A stretch of 64,000 nt of DNA from a virus (Duplodnaviria > Caudoviricetes): the IMG/VR virus record IMGVR_UViG_2930430511_000001, positions 1 to 64,000 of that record; one strand, given 5' to 3'. Shown piece after piece: positions 28,021-37,617 of this stretch; position 1 is the stretch's first letter; each line of letters starts with the position of its first letter. The notes below the pieces were generated by a model. It saw nothing but the letters and a program-made list of their open reading frames with translations, was not told the DNA's origin and did not search any database. A program made the position numbers and the translations under genes.

Positions 28021-28524
28021 TCAGGCGGCCGGGGCGGCGTGCTCGTCGGTCCAGAACTGGCGCTTCTCGGGGTCCTGGTGTTCGCCGCGGTGTCGGACCG
28101 GGAGGGTGCAGCGGGTGCCGTAGAGCTTGGCGACGGACGGGCAGATGGCTGCGTCCTCCAGTGCGGCGATGCGCTGCTTCAGCTCGTCGCGCTCGCGGTT
28201 GGCCGTCTGAAGGTCGGCGTACATCGCCTGGACGTGCCGCTTGTTGCTCTTGGCGACGGCGGTGAGGGTGTCGACGCGGTCGGCGAAGGCGTCCCGCTCG
28301 GAACGGACCCGGTCCAGCTCGGCCAGTACCAGCGGTAGCGCGCGGGCAAGCTGTGCTCCGGCGTCCGCGGTGCTTCCAACCTCGTCTTCGGGCTCCGCGG
28401 ACCGGTCGCCCCAGGTGCGGACGATGGCGTCCGCCATGGCGATCAGCTCGCTCGGGGTGGGGGCCACGTCCAGGCCGGCGGCGTGGGCGGCCTCCTGCGT
28501 GCAGATGAGGGCGTCGTGGTTCAT
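28021..28524 (-). CDS. Coiled-coil hypothetical protein
   Basis: ATGA coupling. Confidence 0.7.
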   Translation of the reverse strand: MNHDALICTQEAAHAAGLDVAPTPSELIAMADAIVRTWGDRSAEPEDEVGSTADAGAQLARALPLVLAELDRVRSERDAFADRVDTLTAVAKSNKRHVQAMYADLQTANRERDELKQRIAALEDAAICPSVAKLYGTRCTLPVRHRGEHQDPEKRQFWTDEHAAPAA

Positions 28525-28799
28525 CGGGCGTCCTCGCTGAGGATCTGGCCGAAGATCTCGGCGGTGCGGAGGTTGCGGATCTGGGAGAGGTAGCCGGCGG
28601 AGTAGGCGGCGCTGAAGTCGCTGTAGCGGGGGTCTTCGATGAAGCCGTATCGGTCTGTCAGCCGGTCGACGCTGACGCCCTCCTCGTCGTAGGCCTTCCA
28701 GACGTCAGTGCAGGCCTGGAGGTAGTCCTTCTCCTCGGCGAGGGTCTGGGGCTCGTAGGGGTCGAAGTCTTCGTCGTTGATGAAGTCGATGGAGTCCAT
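28521..28799 (-). CDS. Small acidic hypothetical protein
   Basis: AGGAG RBS. Confidence 0.7.
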   Translation of the reverse strand: MDSIDFINDEDFDPYEPQTLAEEKDYLQACTDVWKAYDEEGVSVDRLTDRYGFIEDPRYSDFSAAYSAGYLSQIRNLRTAEIFGQILSEDAR

Positions 28800-28821
28800 G
28801 GCGGGTTCTCCTGGCGGGTGG

Positions 28822-29253
28822 TCAGGCGGCGAGGCGCGGGGTGGGGATGTCGGTGAGGTTGTCGGCGGTCTCCTGGGCGCGGATCAGGAGGCCGATGACG
28901 TCGCTGACGTTGGGGCGTCGGCCGGTGAAGAAGTCCTCTTCGTCGAGCCACCGGTCGAGGTGCACCAGGTGGTCGTCGGCGCCGGTTTCCATGTCCGTCG
29001 GGGGCTCGGTGGGGAGCACTGCGGAGATCCAGCGCACGGTTTCCATGACGGTCTCGTTGCTCTCGATGAGCAGCAGTGCCATTTGCGGGTGCTTGTAGAA
29101 GCTCTCCGGGGTGGTGCCGGTGACGGCGCGGTAGACGGCTGCCGCGAGGTGGAGGCGGCCGTCGCGGTGGGCGAAGTGCCAGCTGCTGGTGGCGAGGCCG
29201 TGGTAGTTGACGATGTCTCGGGTGGTTTCGAGGACGAGTCCGGTGCTGGACAT
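28822..29253 (-). CDS. Hypothetical protein (DUF6197-like)
   Basis: VLETTRDIVNYHGL...RWLD...VIGLLIRA; AGGAG RBS. Confidence 0.65.
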   Translation of the reverse strand: MSSTGLVLETTRDIVNYHGLATSSWHFAHRDGRLHLAAAVYRAVTGTTPESFYKHPQMALLLIESNETVMETVRWISAVLPTEPPTDMETGADDHLVHLDRWLDEEDFFTGRRPNVSDVIGLLIRAQETADNLTDIPTPRLAA

Positions 29254-29384
29254 GGCTGTCTCCTGCGGGGTGCGCGGTGGTGGTGTCCGGCCCGGCCGGG
29301 GGAGCTACTGCCGGCGGGGTTGTGGTGGTGGGGCCGTCGGGTGTTCGACCGGGGCCGGGCCGGAGCGGGTGGGGCGACTGTCGG

Positions 29385-29720
29385 CTAGTCGCTGGTGATG
29401 CGGTGGTGCTTTGCGCAAGCGGGGCACTGCGGGCGCTGGGTCTCGCCGTCGAGGTACACAGCGCAGAGGCTGAGCGGGGCGATGCGGTCGCAGGCGTCGG
29501 GGCACATCTCGCAGCTGCATTCGACGAGTTCGTCACCGTCGGGGAGCTGGATGCCGAGCCAGGTGGCGGCTGCGCGGTGGAGGGCCTTGATGGTGAAGGC
29601 GTCCGTGGCGTCGTAGGTGTCGGTGAGGAGCTGGTCCCAGCCGGCTTTCTGCTGGGGGGTGAGGTCTCGGTAGGAGATGGCGGTCCGGGTGGTCACGGGC
29701 CTGTCCAGGGTCAGAGTCAT
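29385..29720 (-). CDS. Cys-rich hypothetical protein
   Basis: First gene after class A promoter; AGGAG RBS. Confidence 0.7.
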   Translation of the reverse strand: MTLTLDRPVTTRTAISYRDLTPQQKAGWDQLLTDTYDATDAFTIKALHRAAATWLGIQLPDGDELVECSCEMCPDACDRIAPLSLCAVYLDGETQRPQCPACAKHHRITSD

Positions 29721-29760
29721 GTGAGAGCTCCTGTAGCTGGAGGGCTGTTGGGCCCGTCCC

Positions 29761-29805
29761 TTGCTGACTCTTCGAGCATGACACATTGATAGTGCACATG
29801 CAATA
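29761..29805 (-). promoter_or_regulatory. Class A promoter/operator
   Basis: Near-identical to 23547-23591. Confidence 0.85.
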
Positions 29806-29881
29806 GGAATGTGTGAGGTCATGAAGAAGACCCCGCCCCCTGGGGGTTGGGGCGGGGCCAGCTATGAGGTTGAGCCGCAGG

Positions 29882-30112
29882 TCAGGAGCCGAGACGGTCC
29901 AGCTCGTCGCGCTGCGCCCTAAGCGCTGCCGACATGCTGATCAGGTTCTTGCGGCCGCGCCTGACGACCGTCAGCCACTCGTACCGGTCGATCCAGCGGT
30001 ACAACGTCGACACCGACACGCTGTGGCCGGACTGAGAGAGGAACGCCGACGCGTCCTTCAGGGGGACGAGATCGTCGACTGCGGGGGCGGGGCTCGGTAT
30101 CGCGATGGCCAC
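29882..30112 (-). CDS. Excisionase/MerR-like small HTH protein
   Basis: LVPLKDASAFL..VSVSTLYRWI. Confidence 0.6.
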   Translation of the reverse strand: MAIAIPSPAPAVDDLVPLKDASAFLSQSGHSVSVSTLYRWIDRYEWLTVVRRGRKNLISMSAALRAQRDELDRLGS

Positions 30113-30249
30113 GCGGCACACTCCAGGGCTATGGCCGTGGCGGTCGCAGCTCCGGCAGGCCTGGATGGTGTTGGTCGTGCGTGCCGGGTGGAGGCCGGCG
30201 GTGATGCGCGGATGCTGGGGACACCCGGTGAAGCGGTGGTGCGGTGGTG

Positions 30250-30795
30250 CTAGTTGGCGGCCCGCTGGGGACGGGACGTCACGTGGTGGTGGGCGATCTG
30301 ACGCAATTCCCACTGGGATGCCCGGCCGAGCTCGTCGCGACACTCGTCCTGAATGCATACGGCGCGTTCGATCGGTGCGCGCCACATCAGTGAGTAGCAG
30401 CGGCAGGCGGGGCAGCGGTGCGTGCGGATGACGCGGCGGTCCCCGGTGAGGATCTTCTGCTCGAGGACCTTGCCGTAGGCGATGGCCTCCCGTACCTGCC
30501 GTTTCTCTTCAGCGAGGTGCGCGGTGGCGTCCGCGGCCCACTGGAAAATACCTTCGTCCGCGGGCGGCGGCGGCACGTTCCTGCACGGCTCCCCGGCGAG
30601 GAGGATCCGGGTCGTCTCGATCAGTTCGCTTCGGGTGGACCGCAGGTGGTCGAGGATTTCGATGTCGCAGGGTGGCTGCCCGTGGACTCGTGTGGCCCGG
30701 GGCCTGTTTCCGATAGCACGCGGCCGCATGGCGGTGAGTTCCTCGCGGAGGTACCGCATGCCGGCTGCTGCTGTGGCGCTTTCCTGGTCGCCCAT
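30250..30795 (-). CDS. Hypothetical protein with C-terminal Zn-ribbon
   Basis: CPACRCYSL..AVC..C. Confidence 0.7.
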   Translation of the reverse strand: MGDQESATAAAGMRYLREELTAMRPRAIGNRPRATRVHGQPPCDIEILDHLRSTRSELIETTRILLAGEPCRNVPPPPADEGIFQWAADATAHLAEEKRQVREAIAYGKVLEQKILTGDRRVIRTHRCPACRCYSLMWRAPIERAVCIQDECRDELGRASQWELRQIAHHHVTSRPQRAAN

Positions 30796-31023
30796 GTGGT
30801 CCCCGTCCGTTCTGGGCCCTGGGGGCGCGTGGCGGGGGCAGGTGGGGCTGCGGGTCGCGCGCCGGGGCCGGAATGCGTTACTCCCGGTTGTTCCGGACGC
30901 CCCATTCTGGCACTAGTTGTCGCGCGTTCAACAGCATTCGGACGCATCCGCTGAGCGGCGCGGATGGTTGTGGTCGAACGGTCATAATCGCCGCTGCTGG
31001 TAGACAGATTGCCTACTCGTCAG

Positions 31024-31398
31024 TCACAGAGCGTCGGGGGCGCGTTGCGCTGCCAGGAGGGTGCCGCGGAGCCGGGTGTGGGCGTCGGTGGTGATGTAGC
31101 CGCGGTCGAGGGCCCCGTCGATGGCGTTGAGGGCGAGGGCGAGGGCGATGCGGTGCGCGGCCGCGGTGGCTGGCGTGGTGAGGGTCATGCCCTGGCTGAT
31201 GTACAGGGCCTCCGCCTCGACCGCGTACTGCTCGCCGACGGGGTCGGCGGGTGGTTCGGGTGCTGCTGCCATGGTCGCGTCCTGCCTGCTCGAGGTTCGG
31301 GCGAGGGCGCGTGCGTGTAGGTCGATGACATCCGCCTCGGGCGCTGAGGTGGGTGTGGGGGGCGGTGGGGTGGAGCCGGCCGCCTCGGGTCCGGGCAT
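31024..31398 (-). CDS. Hypothetical protein
   Basis: GGAG RBS, codon bias. Confidence 0.55.
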   Translation of the reverse strand: MPGPEAAGSTPPPPTPTSAPEADVIDLHARALARTSSRQDATMAAAPEPPADPVGEQYAVEAEALYISQGMTLTTPATAAAHRIALALALNAIDGALDRGYITTDAHTRLRGTLLAAQRAPDAL

Positions 31399-31960
31399 GG
31401 GGTCTCCGCTCGCTGTCCGGCGCTGGGAAGGGTGGCGGAGGGGTGCCGGTGTCCCCGTCCGCGGGGCGCTGTGTGCACTGTCCCATCCAGCAACGGGCTG
31501 TGGAACTTAGGGGCGCCTTTTTGATGCGAATTTGCGCATTCGGTGCCGCTGCGCGACGAGTCTCAGCCACACAGTCACCGTGAGCGCCCGTCTGGGGGTG
31601 GATATGAGTGCGCCCCCGCCTTGGCCGAGGGAAGTGCCGACAACCCTTGGTGGCCCTGGCGGGGGCGCGGAGACCTCATGTGAGCGGCCCCGGAGGGCGC
31701 GTCCGTGAGAACACGGCCAGTGTAGCGGCGGAACTGTCCATGCTGGTAGTGGATGCACCCCGTGGTTTCGGTGGGGTTGTCGGGGCCCGGGTCGGCTGCT
31801 CCACAGCGGCCACGTCTGCGAGCCGCCAGCCGCCCAGACCCCGTCGCCGCTCCCACAGCGGCACACCCCAGGCAAGAACCGCCGCACCTGCGGGGCAAGA
31901 GCGCCGGGGCGGTGTACTCGGACAGGTGACGGAGAACCCCCGGCAATCCGCGCCCAACGC

Positions 31961-32001
31961 ACAAAACGGCCCCGCTCCCCCACCGCGGGGAATCGGGGCC
32001 G
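31961..32001 (-). terminator. Intrinsic terminator after parB
   Basis: CGGCCCCG...CGGGGCCG stem followed by TTTT on the minus strand. Confidence 0.65.
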
Positions 32002-32007
32002 CCCGCC

Positions 32008-33063
32008 TCAGATCAGGGTCTGGGCCACCTTCACCATCTGCTCAAAGTTCGACGGCGTCATTCGTTCCTGAAGCGCGCGCGCCAGCACCTCAGGCTTCTG
32101 AAGGGGTAGCCAATTCTCGTGCACGCTTTCCAGGCTATCCCGAAGGTCTCGGGTGCCCTCACCATCCTTGGCGACCTGATCGTGGCGATCTGGCTGACCG
32201 TCCTCTCCCAGCGTCCTCGGGGCCGGGGGCTTCAAAACCGGGTTTTGAACACTCGCCGGTTGCTCCGGAACCGCCGCTTCTTCGGCGGGCTTCAAAACCG
32301 GGTTTTGAGCCTGAGCCTGCTTCGGCTGCCGCTTAGCCTTCGGTTTGGAGGCCTCTTCCTGCATCTTGGTGACCGCAGCACGCTGCGCCTCAGGATCCTG
32401 AGTTCTTCCCGCCAACGCCCGAGCTTCCTTGATCTTGAAGCCCGGGGTGCCGACCTGCTCTTGCACGTCGGGAGCCAACTTCAGCAACGCCAGTCGGTGA
32501 GAGACGTACATCTGCGACTTGCCGATCCGCGCGGCTACGTTGTCCTGAGAACCGTGCTTCTCCACCATGCGCTGCAAGAACTCGGCCTCTTTGATCGGGT
32601 CGATGTTCTTGCGGTGGATGTTCTCGATGATGACGGCCTCGTCGATCTGCCCGTCGTCGTCACCGAGATGGTCCTGCACCCGGATATCGACGCGAGTCCA
32701 CCCCAGTTGCCGGGCGGCGGCAAGCCGACGGTTTCCAGTGACGACGACCCAGTCGACAGCCTCGAGGGATTTCGCGTGCTGTGGCTTGAGACGCAGGTAC
32801 ACGTCTCGCGAAACGACGGACAGTCCCTGAAGCTGGCCGATCTCCCGCATGGAGGCTTTGAGCTCACGGAACTCGTCGTCCTCGTCGGAGTAGTCCGCGT
32901 CGGTACGCGGGTTCTCCGGGTTACGGGCGATGGTGTGCATCAGCACCGTAACGGGCGGCTCTTGAGGTTCCGTTGGGCCGCTGCCTGTGTCCTCGCCGTC
33001 ACCCGCAGCTTTGGGGTTGTTGGTGCCGAGGAGGGAGGTCCAGCTGTCCTTCTTCTTCGCCAT
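32008..33063 (-). CDS. parB: ParB partition protein
   Basis: NPENPR, L.ASMREIGQLQ, VVTGNRRLAAA, ENIHR, HTH IGKSQMYVSHRL. Confidence 0.93.
   Translation of the reverse strand: MAKKKDSWTSLLGTNNPKAAGDGEDTGSGPTEPQEPPVTVLMHTIARNPENPRTDADYSDEDDEFRELKASMREIGQLQGLSVVSRDVYLRLKPQHAKSLEAVDWVVVTGNRRLAAARQLGWTRVDIRVQDHLGDDDGQIDEAVIIENIHRKNIDPIKEAEFLQRMVEKHGSQDNVAARIGKSQMYVSHRLALLKLAPDVQEQVGTPGFKIKEARALAGRTQDPEAQRAAVTKMQEEASKPKAKRQPKQAQAQNPVLKPAEEAAVPEQPASVQNPVLKPPAPRTLGEDGQPDRHDQVAKDGEGTRDLRDSLESVHENWLPLQKPEVLARALQERMTPSNFEQMVKVAQTLI
32231..32308. repeat. Two parS-like palindromes TCAAAACCGGGTTTTGA inside parB
   Basis: 32231-32249 and 32291-32308, 60 bp apart. Confidence 0.8.
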
Positions 33064-33797
33064 CAGCGCCGGTCCTTCTTGCCGGCGCCGATCTCGACCG
33101 CGAGCTGGTAGAAGTCCTCACGGGCTTCCATGGCAACCCGGTTCTTGCGGTACTGGGTGACCACAGTCCCTTCGAGGGCTGCACGCGTGTGGACCTTGTA
33201 GTGGCGGATCACGGTGTTGGCGAGCTTCCAGCCCTGCGCCTCTACGAACGCCTGGGTCTGCTCGAGGTCGGCTGTTCCGTCGCGGGGGTCCCAGTTGTTG
33301 ATGACAACGAGGTAGGGCAGCCCGAGAGGCTTGACGACCTCTTCGATGGTGTCCTTCGTCGGCATGAAGCCGAGGGGTTCCGGCTCGATGGGGACGATGA
33401 TGTCGTCGGCGTTGGCCAGGACCGCGCGCATGGCGTCGGCTGCGGCGCTGTTACCGAAGGGGTCGCCGGCCTTCTGCTTCTCGTCGTCGGGGAGGTCCAT
33501 CCAGCCGGGGGTGTCGATGAAGGCGTGCTTGACCTTGCGGGACTTCTTCAGCTCGGGGAAGTACTCGAGGTCCGAGCGTGACTTGGTCTGGATGAAGGAG
33601 AAGGGCAGGTCGTCTCCGACGCGTTCGGACCACCAGGTGGCTGAGCCTTGGGGGTCGGCGGAGACTGCGGCGACGTAGTTGGGTTCGCCTTCTGGGGCTG
33701 TTCCGAGGACGTGGGCTGTGATGGCCGCTGTGTTCACGGTGAGGGTGGACTTGCCGACCCCGCCCTTGCGGTTGATGAGCGCGGTGATCCGTGCCAT
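33063..33797 (-). CDS. parA: ParA partition ATPase
   Basis: NRKGGVGKST deviant Walker A, ADPQGS, IDTPG. Confidence 0.95.
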   Translation of the reverse strand: MARITALINRKGGVGKSTLTVNTAAITAHVLGTAPEGEPNYVAAVSADPQGSATWWSERVGDDLPFSFIQTKSRSDLEYFPELKKSRKVKHAFIDTPGWMDLPDDEKQKAGDPFGNSAAADAMRAVLANADDIIVPIEPEPLGFMPTKDTIEEVVKPLGLPYLVVINNWDPRDGTADLEQTQAFVEAQGWKLANTVIRHYKVHTRAALEGTVVTQYRKNRVAMEAREDFYQLAVEIGAGKKDRR

Positions 33798-33919
33798 GTG
33801 TTGCTCCGTAGCTTCCGTATGCTTCCCGGCCCCGTGGGGCCAGTACTGGCGGACCGGGACAGCATGCCACGGCCTGTGGAGGGGGCTGGGCGTCGGGCGC
33901 GGCGAGTCGCTGCGGGGCT

Positions 33920-33985
33920 TTCAAAACCCGGTTTTGAACCCTCCCGCAGCGCAGGGCAGGCCGTGGTGTCAAAACCGGGTTTTGA
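33920..33985. repeat. Two parS-like palindromes upstream of parA
   Basis: TTCAAAACCCGGTTTTGAA at 33920-33938; TCAAAACCGGGTTTTGA at 33969-33985. Confidence 0.8.
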
Positions 33986-34005
33986 AACCATGTGCCTCTC
34001 TCTTC

Positions 34006-34815
34006 TCAGGCAGTGCGTTGGAAGACGGTGGTAGGGAGGGCGGGGCCACGGTCGGCTCGTTCGGCGCGGGCTCGCCGGATGGCGACCTGCCGGGCCTGTT
34101 CCCGCGCGGCGGCGGCCTTCTCCTCGAGGTCCGAGGTGAACCACACGGCGTCGCGATGACCCGCCGGGTCCTCCCGCTTGGCGCGGAGTGCTTCCGTCTG
34201 GGCGTGGGCGGCGGCCTGGATGCGCTGCTGTATCTCGGTGACGGGCCGTTCGGCAGCGTGTGCCTGATGCGCGGCGAGCGCGGCCCGGTAACCGGGAGAC
34301 GCGGTCTCCCTCCTTTTCACGGGCAGCTCCGGCGCTGGAGCGAGCTCCTCCTCCTGCTGGACCGGGTCGGTTATGGGACCGACGTTGGTGACTCGGATGG
34401 CCCGCACGGCAGCACCCTGCTCCTGTAGGTGCTTCACGAGCGTCGGCCCGTACATGGTGCGTAGGTAGGCGGCCACTGTCGGGTTAGCCGGCTTCAGCAG
34501 CAGACAGGCGCGGGCCTTGGCGTAGCCGACGGGCTCGATCTTGCCGCGCAAGCCCTCGGGGCAGAGCTGGTTCCAGCGGTCGCGGATGCTGCCGCCTTGG
34601 GTGCCGGCCTTCAGGTCGCCGTCCTCAGCGAGTTGGTCGATGACGGCGCTGAGAGGCTTGGGATCGCGGCCGTCGCCGTACCGGGCGCCAACCCGCTTAC
34701 TCTGGTTCCGGCCGTGAGCCGCTTTGGTCGCTGGCACCTGCTTGGCGAGGGCCTTGTACTGGGCCAGGGCCTGCCGGGCGAGATCCTTGCCGGATGACTC
34801 ACGGGTGGCAGTCAT
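34006..34815 (-). CDS. DciA (DUF721)-like helicase-loader protein
   Basis: DLARQALAQYK...DGRDPKPLSAVIDQL..G..RW...LR...IRV, the actinobacterial DciA layout. Confidence 0.7.
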   Translation of the reverse strand: MTATRESSGKDLARQALAQYKALAKQVPATKAAHGRNQSKRVGARYGDGRDPKPLSAVIDQLAEDGDLKAGTQGGSIRDRWNQLCPEGLRGKIEPVGYAKARACLLLKPANPTVAAYLRTMYGPTLVKHLQEQGAAVRAIRVTNVGPITDPVQQEEELAPAPELPVKRRETASPGYRAALAAHQAHAAERPVTEIQQRIQAAAHAQTEALRAKREDPAGHRDAVWFTSDLEEKAAAAREQARQVAIRRARAERADRGPALPTTVFQRTA

Positions 34816-35183
34816 GACGCCGCCGTCGATGAGGCTGAATAATCGACGACGCTGTCCCATAGGCCGTCGGAGCGCAGCCTCAGGGCTCCGATGCGGAGGT
34901 CTTCCTCGAGGAACGCCGCGAACTCTTCCGTAGTGACCGGCTCTTCTCCGTCGGCCGCCAGCCCAGCGTTGATGTGCTCGCGGATCTGCGTGATGGTTAC
35001 GTCGCGGGCCTCCCCGTCATCGCACATCATCCGCAGGGATCCGGTGGCCATGGCCTGAGTGAAGGCCGCGAGGGTGGAGTCCCAGTCGGTGCTGACGTGG
35101 TTCTGCTGGCGGGCCGCACGGGCTTGGGCTTGGCGTCGAACCTTGGCGGCGCGGCTGCTGGTGTTGCGCTTCTTACGGCTCAT
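34812..35183 (-). CDS. Hypothetical protein
   Basis: ATGA coupling on both sides. Confidence 0.65.
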   Translation of the reverse strand: MSRKKRNTSSRAAKVRRQAQARAARQQNHVSTDWDSTLAAFTQAMATGSLRMMCDDGEARDVTITQIREHINAGLAADGEEPVTTEEFAAFLEEDLRIGALRLRSDGLWDSVVDYSASSTAAS

Positions 35184-36757
35184 GCGTAGATCTCCTGGTT
35201 GGCGAGGTAGCGGTCGACGGCGGCGTTCGTGTACAGGCGGCGGGCCTTGTCCTCGCCCATGAGGTCGACGGCCATGCAGATCAGGTCGGGGTCCTTAGCG
35301 GCCGCCGCGCGCATGTCGATGACCTCGTCGCGGGTCAGGTCCTCGAGGACCATGGCGGGGCTGTCGGCTGTGATCTCGTCCATGACGTGGGTCTCCTCGA
35401 TCTGCTGGGTGGGGATGCGGCGGAAGGCTTCCTGGACGAGGCGCTGGACGCTGGCGCTGGACGGGCCGGGCCCGAACGTCTCGTACTGCGCGCGGTCGTG
35501 CTCGCTGCGGGCGGCTTGCTGGGAGTCGCGCCACGCTTGGACGCACTCCTGCCGGGCCTGTGGGGTGCGGAGGATGCGGGTTGCACCGCGGAGGCGGCGG
35601 GCGAGGACCCCGGAGGGACGGCGGATGCCGTCGGCCGGACCGAGGGCGAACTGGTCGAGGTAGGCGGCGACTTCGGTGCTGCTCCAGCCGGCGTCGGCGA
35701 CTTCGCGGGCTACCCAGGCGATGCGGTCGGGGTTGGCGTTGCCGAGCCACGGCACCTGGCCGATGAGTTCACGGGCGAGCTGGTGGCGGCGGCCGACACG
35801 GTTGAGGGTACGGCGGGCCCTCTGCTTGGGGATCTTCGGGGTGGGGCAATTGCTGGTCCCGCTGGCGAGCTTGCTCTCAGAGGGATAGGTAGATGTACCC
35901 GCAGTGGAAGACGCTGAGGTACCACCCTGCATTAGGGTGCAACGGCCCTCGGCGCTGGAGGCCTTCTTGGAGCGGGGGCGGCGGACCTTCCGGGCGGCCT
36001 TCTTCGACAGCTTCCCGAGCACGTTCCGGGACTCCGGTGCGGCGCCGACCTGACGCCGTTGCACCCCTTCGCCGGTGGTGCGGATGCCGTGGTGCTCGTC
36101 GTAGGCGACGGGGATGACGCGCTCGAAGACGGACGCCTGCCCGCCGATGCCGGTGACGTTGGTGCCCTTGGTGCGGTACACGAGTAGCCCGGCCTCGCGC
36201 AGCATGCCGAGGTGGTATTCGACGGACCGCTCGCTCAGCTTCAGCTTCCGCATGAGGTAGGCGACGCCGGGCCGGCAGACCTTGAGGTTGGCGATCTCCT
36301 GGCAGATGCGGAGGGTGGTGTGGTTCATGCCGCGGGGGCCGTGGCTGCTGCTGGGGGTGTAGCGCTTGGCTTTGGTGTCGGCGGCCCAGTGGACGGCCAT
36401 CATCCAGGGCTGCCCTTTGGCGATGCGGCCGGTGGTGGTGCTGAGCCACTGGTGGCTGGGGGCGACACGGAGTGCCGGCCTGGCGCCGTGGTTGCGCTGT
36501 CCGGGGAGGGAAATCCGGGACGAATCGCCCGTTCCGGCATCGCTGAGCTGACAAGTGGTGTGAACGTCGTGCACTATGTACCCGTCCTGTTCTTGGAAGA
36601 GGGCATGAAAAAGCCCCTCGTGTTCGTGGGGTGCTTCTCGGCAGAAGCGGATTGCTCGGAGCGCAACCGGGGTGGTACTCGGGGCGGTCCGAACGCTGGA
36701 GGGCTGGTAACCCGTCCAGCAGCAGAGGGGCCGTAGTCCGGCCGGTGCTGGTAACAC
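35180..36757 (-). CDS. Putative plasmid replication initiator (wHTH); true start uncertain
   Basis: RPGVAYLMRKLKLSERSVEYHLGMLREAGLL HTH; heads the rep-dciA-parAB block. Confidence 0.6.
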   Translation of the reverse strand: MLPAPAGLRPLCCWTGYQPSSVRTAPSTTPVALRAIRFCREAPHEHEGLFHALFQEQDGYIVHDVHTTCQLSDAGTGDSSRISLPGQRNHGARPALRVAPSHQWLSTTTGRIAKGQPWMMAVHWAADTKAKRYTPSSSHGPRGMNHTTLRICQEIANLKVCRPGVAYLMRKLKLSERSVEYHLGMLREAGLLVYRTKGTNVTGIGGQASVFERVIPVAYDEHHGIRTTGEGVQRRQVGAAPESRNVLGKLSKKAARKVRRPRSKKASSAEGRCTLMQGGTSASSTAGTSTYPSESKLASGTSNCPTPKIPKQRARRTLNRVGRRHQLARELIGQVPWLGNANPDRIAWVAREVADAGWSSTEVAAYLDQFALGPADGIRRPSGVLARRLRGATRILRTPQARQECVQAWRDSQQAARSEHDRAQYETFGPGPSSASVQRLVQEAFRRIPTQQIEETHVMDEITADSPAMVLEDLTRDEVIDMRAAAAKDPDLICMAVDLMGEDKARRLYTNAAVDRYLANQEIYA

Positions 36758-36808
36758 CGGTTGGCGGAGGCGGCCCGGGGCGGTCGAGGAATCTCCCGCC
36801 GGTTAGCG

Positions 36809-37174
36809 CTACGTCATCTGATCTCCATCACTCGGTGGGGCCTGTCCCGGTGCGGTGCGCACGACCATGTAGCTGGTCGTCTCAGCGACGATCCGCATCG
36901 GAGTCTCGGGGAATCGGGCCTTCAGCTGTCCCATGCGCAGCTCGGCCTCGGCGATGGTGTCCTTGGCGCCGGACATCATGGTCCAGGCGTCGTACTCCCA
37001 GCCCTCAACTCGGTAGACCTGGGTTGCTCGGTGCTCAAGCCATCCTGGGCAGCGCTGCGCGTCCTCGCCTTCGAGCACCCCGCAGTACTCGCACATGCCG
37101 CTAGTCGCGGACGCGCGGGAAGGTCGGTGCAGGGTGGGGTCGATGGCCGGCGTGCTTCCGGCCGGGGCGCTCAC
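36809..37174 (-). CDS. Hypothetical protein
   Basis: ORF only. Confidence 0.45.
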   Translation of the reverse strand: MSAPAGSTPAIDPTLHRPSRASATSGMCEYCGVLEGEDAQRCPGWLEHRATQVYRVEGWEYDAWTMMSGAKDTIAEAELRMGQLKARFPETPMRIVAETTSYMVVRTAPGQAPPSDGDQMT

Positions 37175-37549
37175 AGTGAGCCGTTGGTAGTGGTGACAGG
37201 GTCCGCGCTGTCCAGCACCGGTGTGATCTTCACGGTGATGGCTGGGGTCCCACTGCCGTTAGGCCCGGATGTCCGGGTACTCTGAGCCATGTCGTCGGCC
37301 TTTCCTGTATGTGGTTGGCGATGGCCGGGTTGGCGCCCGGCAACGGCCTCGCTTTGATCCCGGTTACCAGCCGGGGGAGCGGGGCCGCTCCATTTGCAGT
37401 TTGAGTGGCCGTCAGTACCTGAATGGTCGTCTGGCGCAGGCCCCAGCCTACCGGTTTTGCTCTCCACCCCTCCACCCTTCCGGGGGTCGTGTCGATTAAT
37501 GGTGGTCTGGCCGTATGACCAGCTCATCGGCTCGTCTCACGTGCCCGCG

Positions 37550-37610
37550 CCCCTGTCCTATAGTTTTGGGAAAGAAATAACGGGATCTTGCGCAGGTCAG
37601 CAGCCTGCGG
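37550..37610 (+). repeat. Left copy of long inverted repeat
   Basis: CCCCTGTCCTATAGTTTTGGGAAAGAAATAACGGGATCTTGC is 40/42 identical to the reverse complement of 47392-47433. Confidence 0.92.
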
Positions 37611-37617
37611 CTTTGCA

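Noticed and set aside
31399-31960. Long intergenic region as an origin or ncRNA
   Set aside because: No iterons, clear AT-rich unwinding element or recognisable RNA fold seen, so it cannot be supported.
37550-37610. attL/attR or a hairpin-telomere (telRL) site
   Set aside because: The copies are inverted rather than direct, and neither is a self-palindrome.
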